Assembly (NCBI GenBank): GCA_038889235.1
Contig: JAWAHN010000002.1
Coordinates: 441,424-473,423 of the forward strand
Reading direction: 5' to 3'
Length of the DNA stretch: 32,000 nucleotides
DNA from: Candidatus Jordarchaeales archaeon
Lineage (GTDB): Archaea; Asgardarchaeota; Jordiarchaeia; Jordiarchaeales; Freyrarchaeaceae
Part shown: in pieces, positions 1 to 9,206 of the stretch
Layout of the letters: every line of letters begins with the position of its first letter
Numbering within the stretch: position 1 is the first letter of the stretch
Made by a program: the position numbers and the translations under genes
The notes under the pieces: model-generated
Seen by the model: only the letters and a program-made list of their open reading frames with translations
Told to the model about the DNA's origin: nothing
Databases searched by the model: none

Positions 1-2
1 GG

Positions 3-581
3 GTTCCAGGGGGTGTCGGGGATGAGGAAGCCGTTTTCACCGAACCCCTAGCCGCCTGCCTCGAAATAGCATCGCAGCTCCACATTAAACCAGAATGGTC
101 TGTATACATCCTTGGGGACGGGAGGCTCGGCCTTCTCGCATCCCAAGTCATGCGTCTTTACGGGTGCGAGACAGTTCTCATAGGAAAGCACCCGGAAAAG
201 ATGCGCGTGGCTGAAAGCCTAAAAATCGAAACTTTCCACTACACTAGCCCACCAAACAGGAAAGCTGACCTAGTCGTCGAGTGCACGGGACGCCCGGAAG
301 GATTCGAGCTCGCAAAGAAGCTCGTAAAGCCAAGGGGTATCATAGTGGCTAAGAGCACTTTTCACGGAACGGCAGCCATCAACTACTCGTCCATCGTGGT
401 GGACGAAGTTAGTGTTGTGGGTTCGAGGTGCGGTCCTTTCCCGCCAGCTCTCCGCCTGCTCTCCCAGAGGCTGGTAAACGTGAAGCCGCTTATAACAGAC
501 GTGTACCCGCTCGAGAAGGGATTGGACGCTTTCAGTCGGGCTGAGAGCAAAGAATCGATAAAAGTCCTCCTTAAACCCTGA
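3..581 (+). CDS. Zn-dependent alcohol dehydrogenase-like protein (MDR family), 5'-truncated by window edge
   Basis: Frame is open from base 3: FTEPLAAC, Rossmann motif ILGDGRLG, VVECTG, VVGSRCGPF, C-terminal KVLLKP typical of MDR/sugar-alcohol dehydrogenases. Confidence 0.85.
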   Translation, partial: VPGGVGDEEAVFTEPLAACLEIASQLHIKPEWSVYILGDGRLGLLASQVMRLYGCETVLIGKHPEKMRVAESLKIETFHYTSPPNRKADLVVECTGRPEGFELAKKLVKPRGIIVAKSTFHGTAAINYSSIVVDEVSVVGSRCGPFPPALRLLSQRLVNVKPLITDVYPLEKGLDAFSRAESKESIKVLLKP

Positions 582-596
582 CAGGGGGAAGCGCGC

Positions 597-1295
597 TTGA
601 AGTTCAAGGTTCTTGTAACGGACGTTGATGGGACAATTACTGGGCCGGACACATCCCTACACCTTCCAGCCATAGAGGTCATACGCAGGCTGGCGCAAAA
701 AATCCCCGTAGTCTTATGCTCGGGGAACACGGCGTGCACTCTTTGGACCCTAAGTCTTTACGTGGGCTCTAAGGGACCCTTTATAGCTGAGAACGGCGGC
801 GTAGTGGGCTCACCCTCATGGCAGCCTCCAATCCAGCTTCTCGCCTCCAAGGACGCACCGCTCAAGGCTCTCAACGTTTTGAGGAGGAGGATGGGCGACA
901 AGGTACAGGAAATCGACGGCCGGTTCCGGTTGACCGATGTGGCTCTCAGGAGAACAGTTGACGTTGACGGCATAGTTTCTGTTCTGAGGGAGGAGGGAGT
1001 GAAAGTCAACGTTTTCGACTCAGGGTATGCCATACACCTTTGTGACCCGAACGTCAGCAAGGCGATCGGCGTCAAAATAGTTCTCAGCAGGCTGGGTCTA
1101 AGTGGTGAGGAAGCTGTGGCAATAGGGGATGGTGCGAACGACATCGATCTGCTCAAGTCGTGCGGCTACGGTGTGGCCCTCAAAAACGCACCGCGGTCGC
1201 TTAAAGAAATAGCGGACTACGTGACCGAAAAGCCGTATGGGGAAGGGTTCGTGGAAGCAGTCACAAAGGTATTCAAGCACCTCCTTCAACCTTGA
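597..1295 (+). CDS. HAD-superfamily subfamily IIB phosphatase (archaeal phosphoglycolate phosphatase-like)
   Basis: Motif I DVDGTIT, LCSGN, SKAIG, motif IV AIGDGANDIDL; TTG start after AGGGGG. Confidence 0.85.
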   Translation: MKFKVLVTDVDGTITGPDTSLHLPAIEVIRRLAQKIPVVLCSGNTACTLWTLSLYVGSKGPFIAENGGVVGSPSWQPPIQLLASKDAPLKALNVLRRRMGDKVQEIDGRFRLTDVALRRTVDVDGIVSVLREEGVKVNVFDSGYAIHLCDPNVSKAIGVKIVLSRLGLSGEEAVAIGDGANDIDLLKSCGYGVALKNAPRSLKEIADYVTEKPYGEGFVEAVTKVFKHLLQP

Positions 1296-1446
1296 GCAGC
1301 CTTCTCTGGAGCGCTAGAACCCACTTCTGTCAGCGATCGTGGAAAAGGGGAAAATTATATTACTTCGCTGGCAGAATTAAGATTTTGTACAGTTTTTCTG
1401 TGTTGTCCCCGTGCGGGGTACCTGCCCTTCTATCCGAGGTGAGGTA

Positions 1447-2763
1447 ATGGAGTTTGTTATTGTTAAGGCGGGAGAACGAGAGGGAGCGGCTTTTCTAAAT
1501 CCTGAAGACGCGTCGTCGCTTGGCCTCCTAGATGGCACCGTGATAATTTTTGAGGACACTACGACGGGGAACTTTGGCGCTGCTCCAGTCTACACCGATA
1601 AAAGAATCGACAAGGGGAAAATCTATATAGATTCAACACTTGTTGAGTCGTGCGGCTTAGACGAGGGTTTCCCTGTCAAGATTGAGAAGTATAAGGGGAG
1701 GATCCACCCGGTTAGGGAGCTTGTCATAGGAATAGAACCTCTAGGAGACCAGAAGCCGGAAGATGTATTTAAAATGGCACAGGAGAGGCGGAGCGAGCTG
1801 AAGAAACTCCTCGACAAGCGTGTGGTCTTTAAGAAGATGAAGATAAGGTGGAAGGAGCTCAACGCGAACATCTCCATAGAAGCAACTAAGCCAGACTTGA
1901 CCGGTAGGGAGCTCGCCATAGTGAACTGGGCTGAGATGGAGAAAGCCGAAATAATCCCCATAGGGCCCGCCATGCCGTTCAACGCAATACTCCTAATAGA
2001 CATCTCTGGAAGCATGAGCACCAAGGACATGGAAGTGACGAACATAGCCCCAGCTAGGGAAGGTATAGTTAGCCTCCTAACCTCAGAGGACGTAGCCAGC
2101 TTTCTCGCAAAGTTCGAGGAAGGGGAAACTGTGAGGCGCAGGCACGGGGCAGCCTTCGCCGCCCTCCTATACCTGGCAGAGAAGGTCGGCAGAGGTTACG
2201 GTGAAAGGGTAGCCATAATAACCTACCACGACGAGGCTGAAATCTTGAAGTTCGACGGTAAAAACTACTTTGATGCTACGACAGGCAACCTCGAAGAGGT
2301 CGCAGACCTGATAATAAAGAAGGTCGCGTACACAACTGGAGGATACACAAACTTCTCGGATGCTCTCAGAAAAGCCCTCACCCTCCTGAGAAACGAGTTC
2401 AAGGACACCAACACTATGATAGTCTTCCTGAGTGACGGCTTCCCACAAGGAACAGACAACGAGGAATCTGTCAGAAGCATTGTGGAGAAGGAGTTCGCGC
2501 GGATGCCCAACGTTGTGATATACACTGTAGGTATAGGTGGAGAGGTAAACGAGGTTCTAATGCAGCACATAGCCTCGGCGACGGGTGGCGTCTACTTCAA
2601 GGCATCAGACCTTGGAAAACTGCTGAGCTGGTACAGTGAGCTCGCAAGGACGTTTACGAAGTCAATACACCAGAAAGGGCGCCCGGCGCCCGAAGCACAA
2701 GTAGAAGAAGGCAAGGAAGAAGAAAAAGGAGAGGAGAAAAAAGAGAAGAAAAAGAAGAAGTAG
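1447..2763 (+). CDS. vWA-domain protein with N-terminal CDC48/NSF-N-like domains and a Lys/Glu-rich tail
   Basis: MIDAS LLIDISGSM, later YTTGGYTNF and FLSDGFP; the N-terminal ~170 aa follow the double-psi barrel pattern (AAFLNPEDASSLGLLDGTVIIF...KIYIDSTLVESCGLDEGFPVKI). Start moved to ATG 1447 (RBS GAGGT). Confidence 0.75.
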   Translation: MEFVIVKAGEREGAAFLNPEDASSLGLLDGTVIIFEDTTTGNFGAAPVYTDKRIDKGKIYIDSTLVESCGLDEGFPVKIEKYKGRIHPVRELVIGIEPLGDQKPEDVFKMAQERRSELKKLLDKRVVFKKMKIRWKELNANISIEATKPDLTGRELAIVNWAEMEKAEIIPIGPAMPFNAILLIDISGSMSTKDMEVTNIAPAREGIVSLLTSEDVASFLAKFEEGETVRRRHGAAFAALLYLAEKVGRGYGERVAIITYHDEAEILKFDGKNYFDATTGNLEEVADLIIKKVAYTTGGYTNFSDALRKALTLLRNEFKDTNTMIVFLSDGFPQGTDNEESVRSIVEKEFARMPNVVIYTVGIGGEVNEVLMQHIASATGGVYFKASDLGKLLSWYSELARTFTKSIHQKGRPAPEAQVEEGKEEEKGEEKKEKKKKK

Positions 2764-2900
2764 TTGCAACCTTCTCCCTGAGAAGGGAAGCTGCCCCCTC
2801 TTAAAACCGGTGTGGAGCCGACGCAATGACTAGTAAAGATAAAAAATGTTAAATATAATATTGTTTAGAACTACTGGAGACAGTTCCTTTGGTGGTTGTG

Positions 2901-4436
2901 ATGCAAAGTCTTCAGCGTGAAGAGTTTCCTCAACTCCCATTCCAGACTAGAAGCATATGTCCTGAGTGTAAGAAGGTTATTGAAGCCACAGTCTACGAAG
3001 AGAATGGAAAGGTTATGATTACTAAGACGTGTCCTGAGCATGGACAAGTGACTGATGTGTATTGGGGGGACGCCGAGCTCTACAAGAAAGTGGCTAGGTG
3101 GAATTACAACAGGGTTAAGATAGAAAACCCGCAGGTTAAATCCTCCCAGGGTTGCCCCTACGACTGCGGGCTTTGCACTAACCACAAGACCTACACGGTT
3201 CTAGCCCTTATCGACGTAACAAACAGGTGTAATCTCCGCTGCCCCATATGCTTTGCCAACGCTGCAGTTACCGGTTACGTGTACGAGCCGAGCCAAGAGC
3301 AGATACGTTACATGCTGGAGGTCTTCAGGAAGAACTCGCCTGTACCCACCCCAGCAGTACAGTTTGCTGGAGGAGAGCCCACGGTTAGGGAAGACTTACC
3401 CGACTTGATAAGGATGGCTAGAGAAGTAGGCTTCACGCACGTCGAGATAGCCAGTAACGGCTTGAAACTCGCCCAGAGTGTCGACTACTGCCGGGAGCTT
3501 GTCGAAGCTGGGCTGAGCACGGTCTACCTCCAGTTCGACGGTGTGACTCCCGAGCCATACATAGCTGCGAGGGGGAAGAACCTGCTCCCGGTTAAGCTGA
3601 AGGCTATAGAGAACTGCCGAAAGGCGGGGCTTCACTCCATAGTCCTGGTTCCGACTGTTGTCCGAGGAGTGAACGACGGTCAGATAGGAGACATAATAAG
3701 GTTCGCCGTCGACAACCATGACGTCGTCAGGGGGATAATATTCCAACCTGTGAGCATCACAGGGCGGATAGATGAGTCGAAGAGAATGGAGATGAGGATC
3801 ACTATACCGGAGGTTTTGAAGGCGTGTGAGGAGCAGACCGGAGGACGCATAAAGGTCTCCGACTTCTACCCCTGTACGACGCCGACACCCTTGTCTAGGG
3901 CGTTGTCCGCCTACTTCGGCAGACCGGTCGTCGAATTCGGAAACCACATTCACTGCGGAATGGCGACGTTCATCAGGGTTGAAGGCGACGGAGAATATTA
4001 CCCGATAACGCACTACGCTGACGTAGAAAAAATAATGGCGACGTTCGAGAAGTGCGCTGAGGACTTCAGAGGAAACGCTCTGTCGAGGACTAAAGGGAGG
4101 ATTAGGCTGCTCTTGGGCATGCTTCGCCACTTCAAGAAGAGAGGTCTGCTCTTCAACCTGTTCAGGAAAGTTCTGGTTTCAGGGGATTACAGTTCCCTCG
4201 GCGACTTCATGAGGAGCGTAATCCTCATAGGGTCAATGCACTTCCAGGACCCATACAACTTCGACCTGGCAAGAGTTGAGAGGTGTGTGATAAACTACGG
4301 GACACCTGACGGGCGCATAATCCCCTTCTGCACGTACAACAGCTTACACCGGCCGGCAGTGGAGAAACGGTTCAGCATACCGGTGAGTGAGTGGCGCAAG
4401 AGAAGGGGCGGCGTCGCAGATGAAACAATAGATTAG
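2901..4436 (+). CDS. tes: Tetraether lipid synthase (Tes/GDGT-MAS), radical SAM
   Basis: N-terminal rubredoxin-like CPEC...CPEHG, auxiliary CPYDCGLCTNH, radical SAM CNLRCPIC, QFAGGEPT, HIHCG, C-terminal FQDPYNFDLARVERC...DGRIIPFCTYN: the motif order of the MJ0619/Tes family. Confidence 0.85.
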   Translation: MQSLQREEFPQLPFQTRSICPECKKVIEATVYEENGKVMITKTCPEHGQVTDVYWGDAELYKKVARWNYNRVKIENPQVKSSQGCPYDCGLCTNHKTYTVLALIDVTNRCNLRCPICFANAAVTGYVYEPSQEQIRYMLEVFRKNSPVPTPAVQFAGGEPTVREDLPDLIRMAREVGFTHVEIASNGLKLAQSVDYCRELVEAGLSTVYLQFDGVTPEPYIAARGKNLLPVKLKAIENCRKAGLHSIVLVPTVVRGVNDGQIGDIIRFAVDNHDVVRGIIFQPVSITGRIDESKRMEMRITIPEVLKACEEQTGGRIKVSDFYPCTTPTPLSRALSAYFGRPVVEFGNHIHCGMATFIRVEGDGEYYPITHYADVEKIMATFEKCAEDFRGNALSRTKGRIRLLLGMLRHFKKRGLLFNLFRKVLVSGDYSSLGDFMRSVILIGSMHFQDPYNFDLARVERCVINYGTPDGRIIPFCTYNSLHRPAVEKRFSIPVSEWRKRRGGVADETID

Positions 4437-4605
4437 CCGCCCAACTTTCTTTTCCAAAATTTTCCCTAAGCAACCCTTTCCCCGTGTTCGAAGACAAGTT
4501 TTAAACGGTGTTTCCCTCCAAGTTTCCCCAGAACATTTTAAGTTTTGTGGTTGGCTGTTTTAAAGGCGTGACCTATAGCTCCTTTTTGTAGAGCGGTGGT
4601 AGCCG

Positions 4606-5619
4606 GTGGAGCAAGGTAGGAGTAGGATTTTCAGGGTGGAGGACTCCCCGCTAGTCGGGTGCATAGCCTTCGGACTAATAGACAGGGGGACCAATCTAAT
4701 CCAGGTGAGGCCGACATCTATATGCCCCCTCTCGTGCGTCTTCTGCTCGACGGACTCTGGCCCTAAATCGAGGAGCAGGCTTACAGAGTACGTGGTTTCC
4801 TTGGACTGCATAGTTGAAGAGTTTAAGAAGCTGGCTTCAATAAAGGGGGATGGAGTTGAAGCGCATATAGACACGGTGGGCGACCCGCTGACATACCCGT
4901 GGCTCGTTGAGTTGGTCTCAGAGCTGAGGGGGGTGAGAGGCGTCAGCGTTGTCTCGATGCAGACCCACGGCTCCCTCCTTAACGAGAAGCTCATCGACGA
5001 TCTCTCGTCGGCTGGACTATCAAGGGTTAACCTTTCTATAGACGCCATGGACGTGGCGCTGGCCAAGCGCCTCTCAGACACCGAGTGGTACGACGTTAGT
5101 CGAGTAGCCGAGCTCGCCAGGTACATAGTTGACAACACGTCCATCGACCTACTAGTCGCCCCGGTCTGGGTTCCAGGAATAAACGACCAGGAAATTCCCA
5201 AGATAATAGAGTTCTCGATCAGGATAGGAGCGGGGAAAAAGTGGCCTCCTTTAGGAATCCAAAAATATGAGGCTCACAAGCGTGGAAGGAAGCCTAAAGG
5301 TGTACGCCCCCTCTCGTGGCGCGCTTTCTACGCGAAACTGAAAGAGTGGGAGGATGTTTTCAACGTTAAGCTGAGGCTTTCCCCAGCCGACTTCTCAATA
5401 AGAAAAGCCCCCTCTTTACCACTACCATACAAGCTGCTTGAAAAAATTCAGGTGAAAGTGGTTGGTCCAGGGTGGTTGAAGGGTGAGAAGCTCGCCGTCA
5501 CGTCCAGGGGGGACAGGCTGGTCACCCTAGTCAGAGCTGAACACATACCGGTAGGAGCGACTGTAAGGGCGAGGATAATCGCCAACAAACACAACATATA
5601 CATCGCCGAACCTCTATAA
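4606..5619 (+). CDS. Archaeal radical SAM protein with probable C-terminal TRAM domain
   Basis: PLVGCIAFGLIDRGTNLIQVRP followed by CPLSCVFC, GDPL, TRAM-like beta-rich C-terminus (VKVVGPGWLKGEKLAV...). Confidence 0.75.
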   Translation: MEQGRSRIFRVEDSPLVGCIAFGLIDRGTNLIQVRPTSICPLSCVFCSTDSGPKSRSRLTEYVVSLDCIVEEFKKLASIKGDGVEAHIDTVGDPLTYPWLVELVSELRGVRGVSVVSMQTHGSLLNEKLIDDLSSAGLSRVNLSIDAMDVALAKRLSDTEWYDVSRVAELARYIVDNTSIDLLVAPVWVPGINDQEIPKIIEFSIRIGAGKKWPPLGIQKYEAHKRGRKPKGVRPLSWRAFYAKLKEWEDVFNVKLRLSPADFSIRKAPSLPLPYKLLEKIQVKVVGPGWLKGEKLAVTSRGDRLVTLVRAEHIPVGATVRARIIANKHNIYIAEPL

Positions 5620-5658
5620 GCGATAGTTAAATAACCCGTTCAACCATCCTAACCTGAT

Positions 5659-7440
5659 CTAAAATCCTTTCTCCTTTAAAAACTCCTTAATTTCACGTTT
5701 CAACTCTTCAACGTTTATTTTTCCGCTGCTCGCCAAGGGAATCGCGTCCCTCACCAGGATCAGGTTGGGCCTCAGTACTGGTGGAAGGTTACGGCTACAC
5801 CATTCGTCGAGGACCTTCTCCGTCAACTTTCCCCGGTAGCCCTCTTTCGGTTCAACCACTAACGCCAGTAAGCTTCCACGGCCAGGAACTGTTACCGTCA
5901 CAGCTTTAGCTGCCCCCACGGCAGGGTGCTGAAGCACCCTCCGCTCAACCTCAATCGGATACACTTCAACCCCCTCCACGTCGAGCAGCCGTCCCATGAA
6001 ATAGAGGAACCCGTCCTCGTCGTACTTTCCTAGGTCCCCCGTCCGCAGCCATCCTCCAACGAACTTCTCCTCTGTTTCGTCAGGCCTGTTAAGGTAGCCC
6101 TTGGCTAGAGACGGTGACTTGATCACTATTTCCCCCACCTCCCCTAAGGGGAGCAACTCGCCGGTCTTGGGGTTAACTATCTTTATAAGTGTCCCTGGAA
6201 CGGGCACGCCGCAGAAGACACCACCGTGCTTTTCAGCCTTCCTCAAATCGAGGTCGTTCCTGTGAAATCCCCCAGCTATAGTATCCTTTGTGTGTGTCTC
6301 CGTCAGCCCGTAGCTTGACTCGCAAAGCGTCGTCCCAGTGAGGCTGAACCATTCTTTTCTAAGGCGCTGGGTTAAATGGGATTTTATGCTACTCCCAATA
6401 CAGCTCCTGAGGGAGCGAAGGTTGTACTTTCCGATTTTAGGGTATCTTAAAAGCTCGTCGTAGAGGCTGAACTCGAGGAACACGGATGTCACCTTGTATT
6501 TCTCTATGGCGTACAAGGCGTACTCCGGATTCCACTTAACCATTAGGACAACGGTGCCGCCGGCAAATATGGGTGCGTCGACACATGCCAGCTTACCCGC
6601 CACCCAGAATGCGGGCATCGCTCCGAGGTGCACTCCCCCCTCAAAGTGTTTCATCAAAATCTCAGCGTCAATCTGCTGATTCCCGTAGACGTCAACTATG
6701 AGCGCACTGGGGGAGTAAGTGCAAGCCACAGCAGCCTTGAACAAGACATTCCAATGGGTGTGGACGCACGCCCTTGGGACACCGTAGCTTCCCCCGGAAA
6801 ACAATATTACCGCGTCGTCGTCAAGAGACACGTTAACATCCACATGTCCTTTATTTTCCTCCAACAATTCAACCAGGCTTAGCCCACCCACCTCTTCAAC
6901 CCTAGACCTAACTTCGGGTGGCGCCTTCTCGTCAAGCTCCGTCACAAAATCTGAGAGACTCGTAGTTATAATGTACTCCACCCCGCCGATCTCCCTGACC
7001 ACGTTCGACGTCAAGGGATAAACGTTGTTGGTGCAGACTACGACGTCCGGCTTAACCTCCCCCAGCATGTATTCCGCCCCAGCAGCGCTAACCCAGGGGG
7101 CCATTAGTGCGCATGTGCACCCCGCCTTAAGCGTGCCAAAGTATGTCACGAAAAGGGAAGGGCAGTTTGGAAGCTGAAGAGCCACCACATCTCCCTTGCC
7201 GAAACCATGACTGGCGAGGAAGAAAGCAAACCTTTCGCTCAGCTCGTCAAGCAAACCATAAGACATGCTTGACCCATAATATATCAACGCGTTTTTCTCT
7301 GGACGTCTACGCGCCCTCCTCCTCAGGTACTCGAAAATAGGCACCCGCCCAAATGGATATATCGGCTCCCTCGGCAAGGGCCGAGGCCACACAAGCTCCC
7401 ACTTCTTCATCAAAACCTCAAAATATTCTTTCTCATCCAA
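5659..7440 (-). CDS. AMP-dependent acyl-CoA synthetase/ligase (long-chain fatty acid-CoA ligase-like)
   Basis: SYGLTET, WLRTGDLG...DGFLYFMGR, A10 lysine in SSGKI; P-loop divergent (FSGGSYGVPRAC). Start placed at TTG 7440 after GGTGG. Confidence 0.85.
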   Translation of the reverse strand: MDEKEYFEVLMKKWELVWPRPLPREPIYPFGRVPIFEYLRRRARRRPEKNALIYYGSSMSYGLLDELSERFAFFLASHGFGKGDVVALQLPNCPSLFVTYFGTLKAGCTCALMAPWVSAAGAEYMLGEVKPDVVVCTNNVYPLTSNVVREIGGVEYIITTSLSDFVTELDEKAPPEVRSRVEEVGGLSLVELLEENKGHVDVNVSLDDDAVILFSGGSYGVPRACVHTHWNVLFKAAVACTYSPSALIVDVYGNQQIDAEILMKHFEGGVHLGAMPAFWVAGKLACVDAPIFAGGTVVLMVKWNPEYALYAIEKYKVTSVFLEFSLYDELLRYPKIGKYNLRSLRSCIGSSIKSHLTQRLRKEWFSLTGTTLCESSYGLTETHTKDTIAGGFHRNDLDLRKAEKHGGVFCGVPVPGTLIKIVNPKTGELLPLGEVGEIVIKSPSLAKGYLNRPDETEEKFVGGWLRTGDLGKYDEDGFLYFMGRLLDVEGVEVYPIEVERRVLQHPAVGAAKAVTVTVPGRGSLLALVVEPKEGYRGKLTEKVLDEWCSRNLPPVLRPNLILVRDAIPLASSGKINVEELKREIKEFLKEKGF

Positions 7441-7608
7441 CAACAACCACCAACTGGGGAGAAAACACAAACCCTATAAAAATAGTTAGAAAAAATGGTG
7501 TAAAAACATTACTAATGGGCGCTGCTACCCCATCAGTCGTTCAATTATTACCCGTGTGAACTTTCGCTTACATGTTCATACTTTCTCGCGTCCTCCAACT
7601 GGGTGCTA

Positions 7609-8655
7609 TCAACTCTTGTATGCAATCGCGAAGTTTGAGAGGAAGAATGTGCACCTCTTAAATCCTGCTCGCTCGAAGAAGCTCTTAAGCTCTTCTTCAC
7701 TGTAAGTTTTGTTGCCCCCGAGCAGTTTTACCACGAGGTCGGTGGTTGTGCTCTTCTCCTGCTTCTTCATGGGTGTCGCCGTCATGAAGACTCCGTCGCT
7801 ATTTAGAACTCTCGCCGACTCGCTGATCAGCTCTTGAGGGTGGCTGCTCCAGTGCAGCACTTGGAAGCTGAAGACCGCATCCACGTAGCCGTCAGGTATG
7901 GGGAAGGGCTTTTTCATCGACGGGTCTAATGTGACAAACTCCACGTTTTTCAGATCCTTAAGGAGCTTCGTCTCTCCGTCCACTTTGACCTCCTTGTGCA
8001 TGCACTCGTCCACGATGTTTGGGAAGAAGTCGGCGCACACAAGGTGGCAGTCGAAGTCAAGGAAGTCCAGTATCAGCTTTGGCTCCACTCCAAAGCCGCA
8101 ACCCAAGTCGAGAATCTTCTTCCCCTTAAGTTTCCCCTTCCCGCCGCCGAGCTCGAGAAGCAACCTCCGCCCTAAACTGTAGGCTTCGCTCGCCGTTTGA
8201 ATGTAGTATGTGACAGCGACCTCTGGGGCCGCGAAGTCGAAGCTCGCCCCCCTCAAAACTTCAACCATAATCTCGTAGAGCACCCTCTCGAACCCAGATA
8301 GGAGGGGCTCCGAATCCCTGAACATCATGTTTTTTCTCGACCTCCTTATACTCTGCAACCTCTCGATTTCATCCCTGTTCACCCTGTACTGCGAGTCCTG
8401 CTTCACCAAAACTTGTTCTTCAGCAAGCGCTTCCAGTAGCTCCCCAAGAAGATCCATTCTCTTGACATCTCCTATGAAGGAAGCCACCTCGCTCAGAGTC
8501 CTAGGCTTCTCGAGGAATTCGAGAACCCCTATTTTGTCCAACCCTATGCTAAGGGCGAGGGCGTTAACCTTCCGTCCCATTCTCGCCACACTGAGCGTCT
8601 TGAGGTTCTTCAACAAGCTCAAGGAGCACTTAAACTTGCCTGAAACCGAAATCAC
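7609..8655 (-). CDS. Class I SAM-dependent methyltransferase with N-terminal winged-helix-like domain
   Basis: Motif I ILDLGCGFG, DAVFSFQVLHW, ARVLNSDG; N-terminal LEFLEKPRTLSEVA...LLEALAEEQVL resembles a wHTH/dimerisation domain. Start uncertain (GTG 8655 after GAGGGGG, or ATG 8580). Confidence 0.75.
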   Translation of the reverse strand: MISVSGKFKCSLSLLKNLKTLSVARMGRKVNALALSIGLDKIGVLEFLEKPRTLSEVASFIGDVKRMDLLGELLEALAEEQVLVKQDSQYRVNRDEIERLQSIRRSRKNMMFRDSEPLLSGFERVLYEIMVEVLRGASFDFAAPEVAVTYYIQTASEAYSLGRRLLLELGGGKGKLKGKKILDLGCGFGVEPKLILDFLDFDCHLVCADFFPNIVDECMHKEVKVDGETKLLKDLKNVEFVTLDPSMKKPFPIPDGYVDAVFSFQVLHWSSHPQELISESARVLNSDGVFMTATPMKKQEKSTTTDLVVKLLGGNKTYSEEELKSFFERAGFKRCTFFLSNFAIAYKS

Positions 8656-9206
8656 AACCACCCCCTCAAATCCTTTTACGTCAAACGAAGCATGCGGCCG
8701 GCCAGCGCTACAAGTCCACCGTAACTCCCGGCGGGGCGCCTCATGGTCGCCGAGAGCGAACTTAACCGCTCTTATTCTACGACCACAGACGGCCAATCGG
8801 CACAGCTACGTCCCATCCAGTGCAAACCACCACCCGCAACCACTTCCAACACCAACAGCTGCAACACAAGACCCTTACACAGCCTCGTTAACTCACGAGA
8901 GCCACGCCTGGGCTCAGCACCATAGCAGGCACCCACAAACTGAAGCCAGTGCTCGTCTAAGCCCAAAACCAGGCCCATGCCTCCAAGCCAACTCCCACAG
9001 CAAATTACAACTGCTCAAATTATTAAACATTTCTACGAAAAAACCATAAAAATATTTTAAATCACAACAAATCACAGGTGATTTTTTCATATTTTACCGA
9101 GAAAAAATGAACATTTTTTAAAAGTTGAAGTCGCAAGAAGCCGGTTGAAGACCAGCCACCTAGTCATCGAACACCTTCAAGCAAAAAAGGGAGGAAAAAG
9201 AGAGGT

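Noticed and set aside
2771-2790. Hairpin with GAGA loop after the vWA gene (also the GGCGCGCGCC palindrome at 12895-12904)
   Set aside because: Short, with no U-tract or other support; cannot be called a terminator or binding site.
6789-6799. Third TTCC-N3-GGAA copy
   Set aside because: Inside a CDS, and about one chance copy is expected in a window this size.
8600-9200. Small ORFs (8327-9049, 8743-8925, 8772-8978) in the A/C-rich intergenic region
   Set aside because: Low-complexity translations with no motifs; consistent with the compositional skew.
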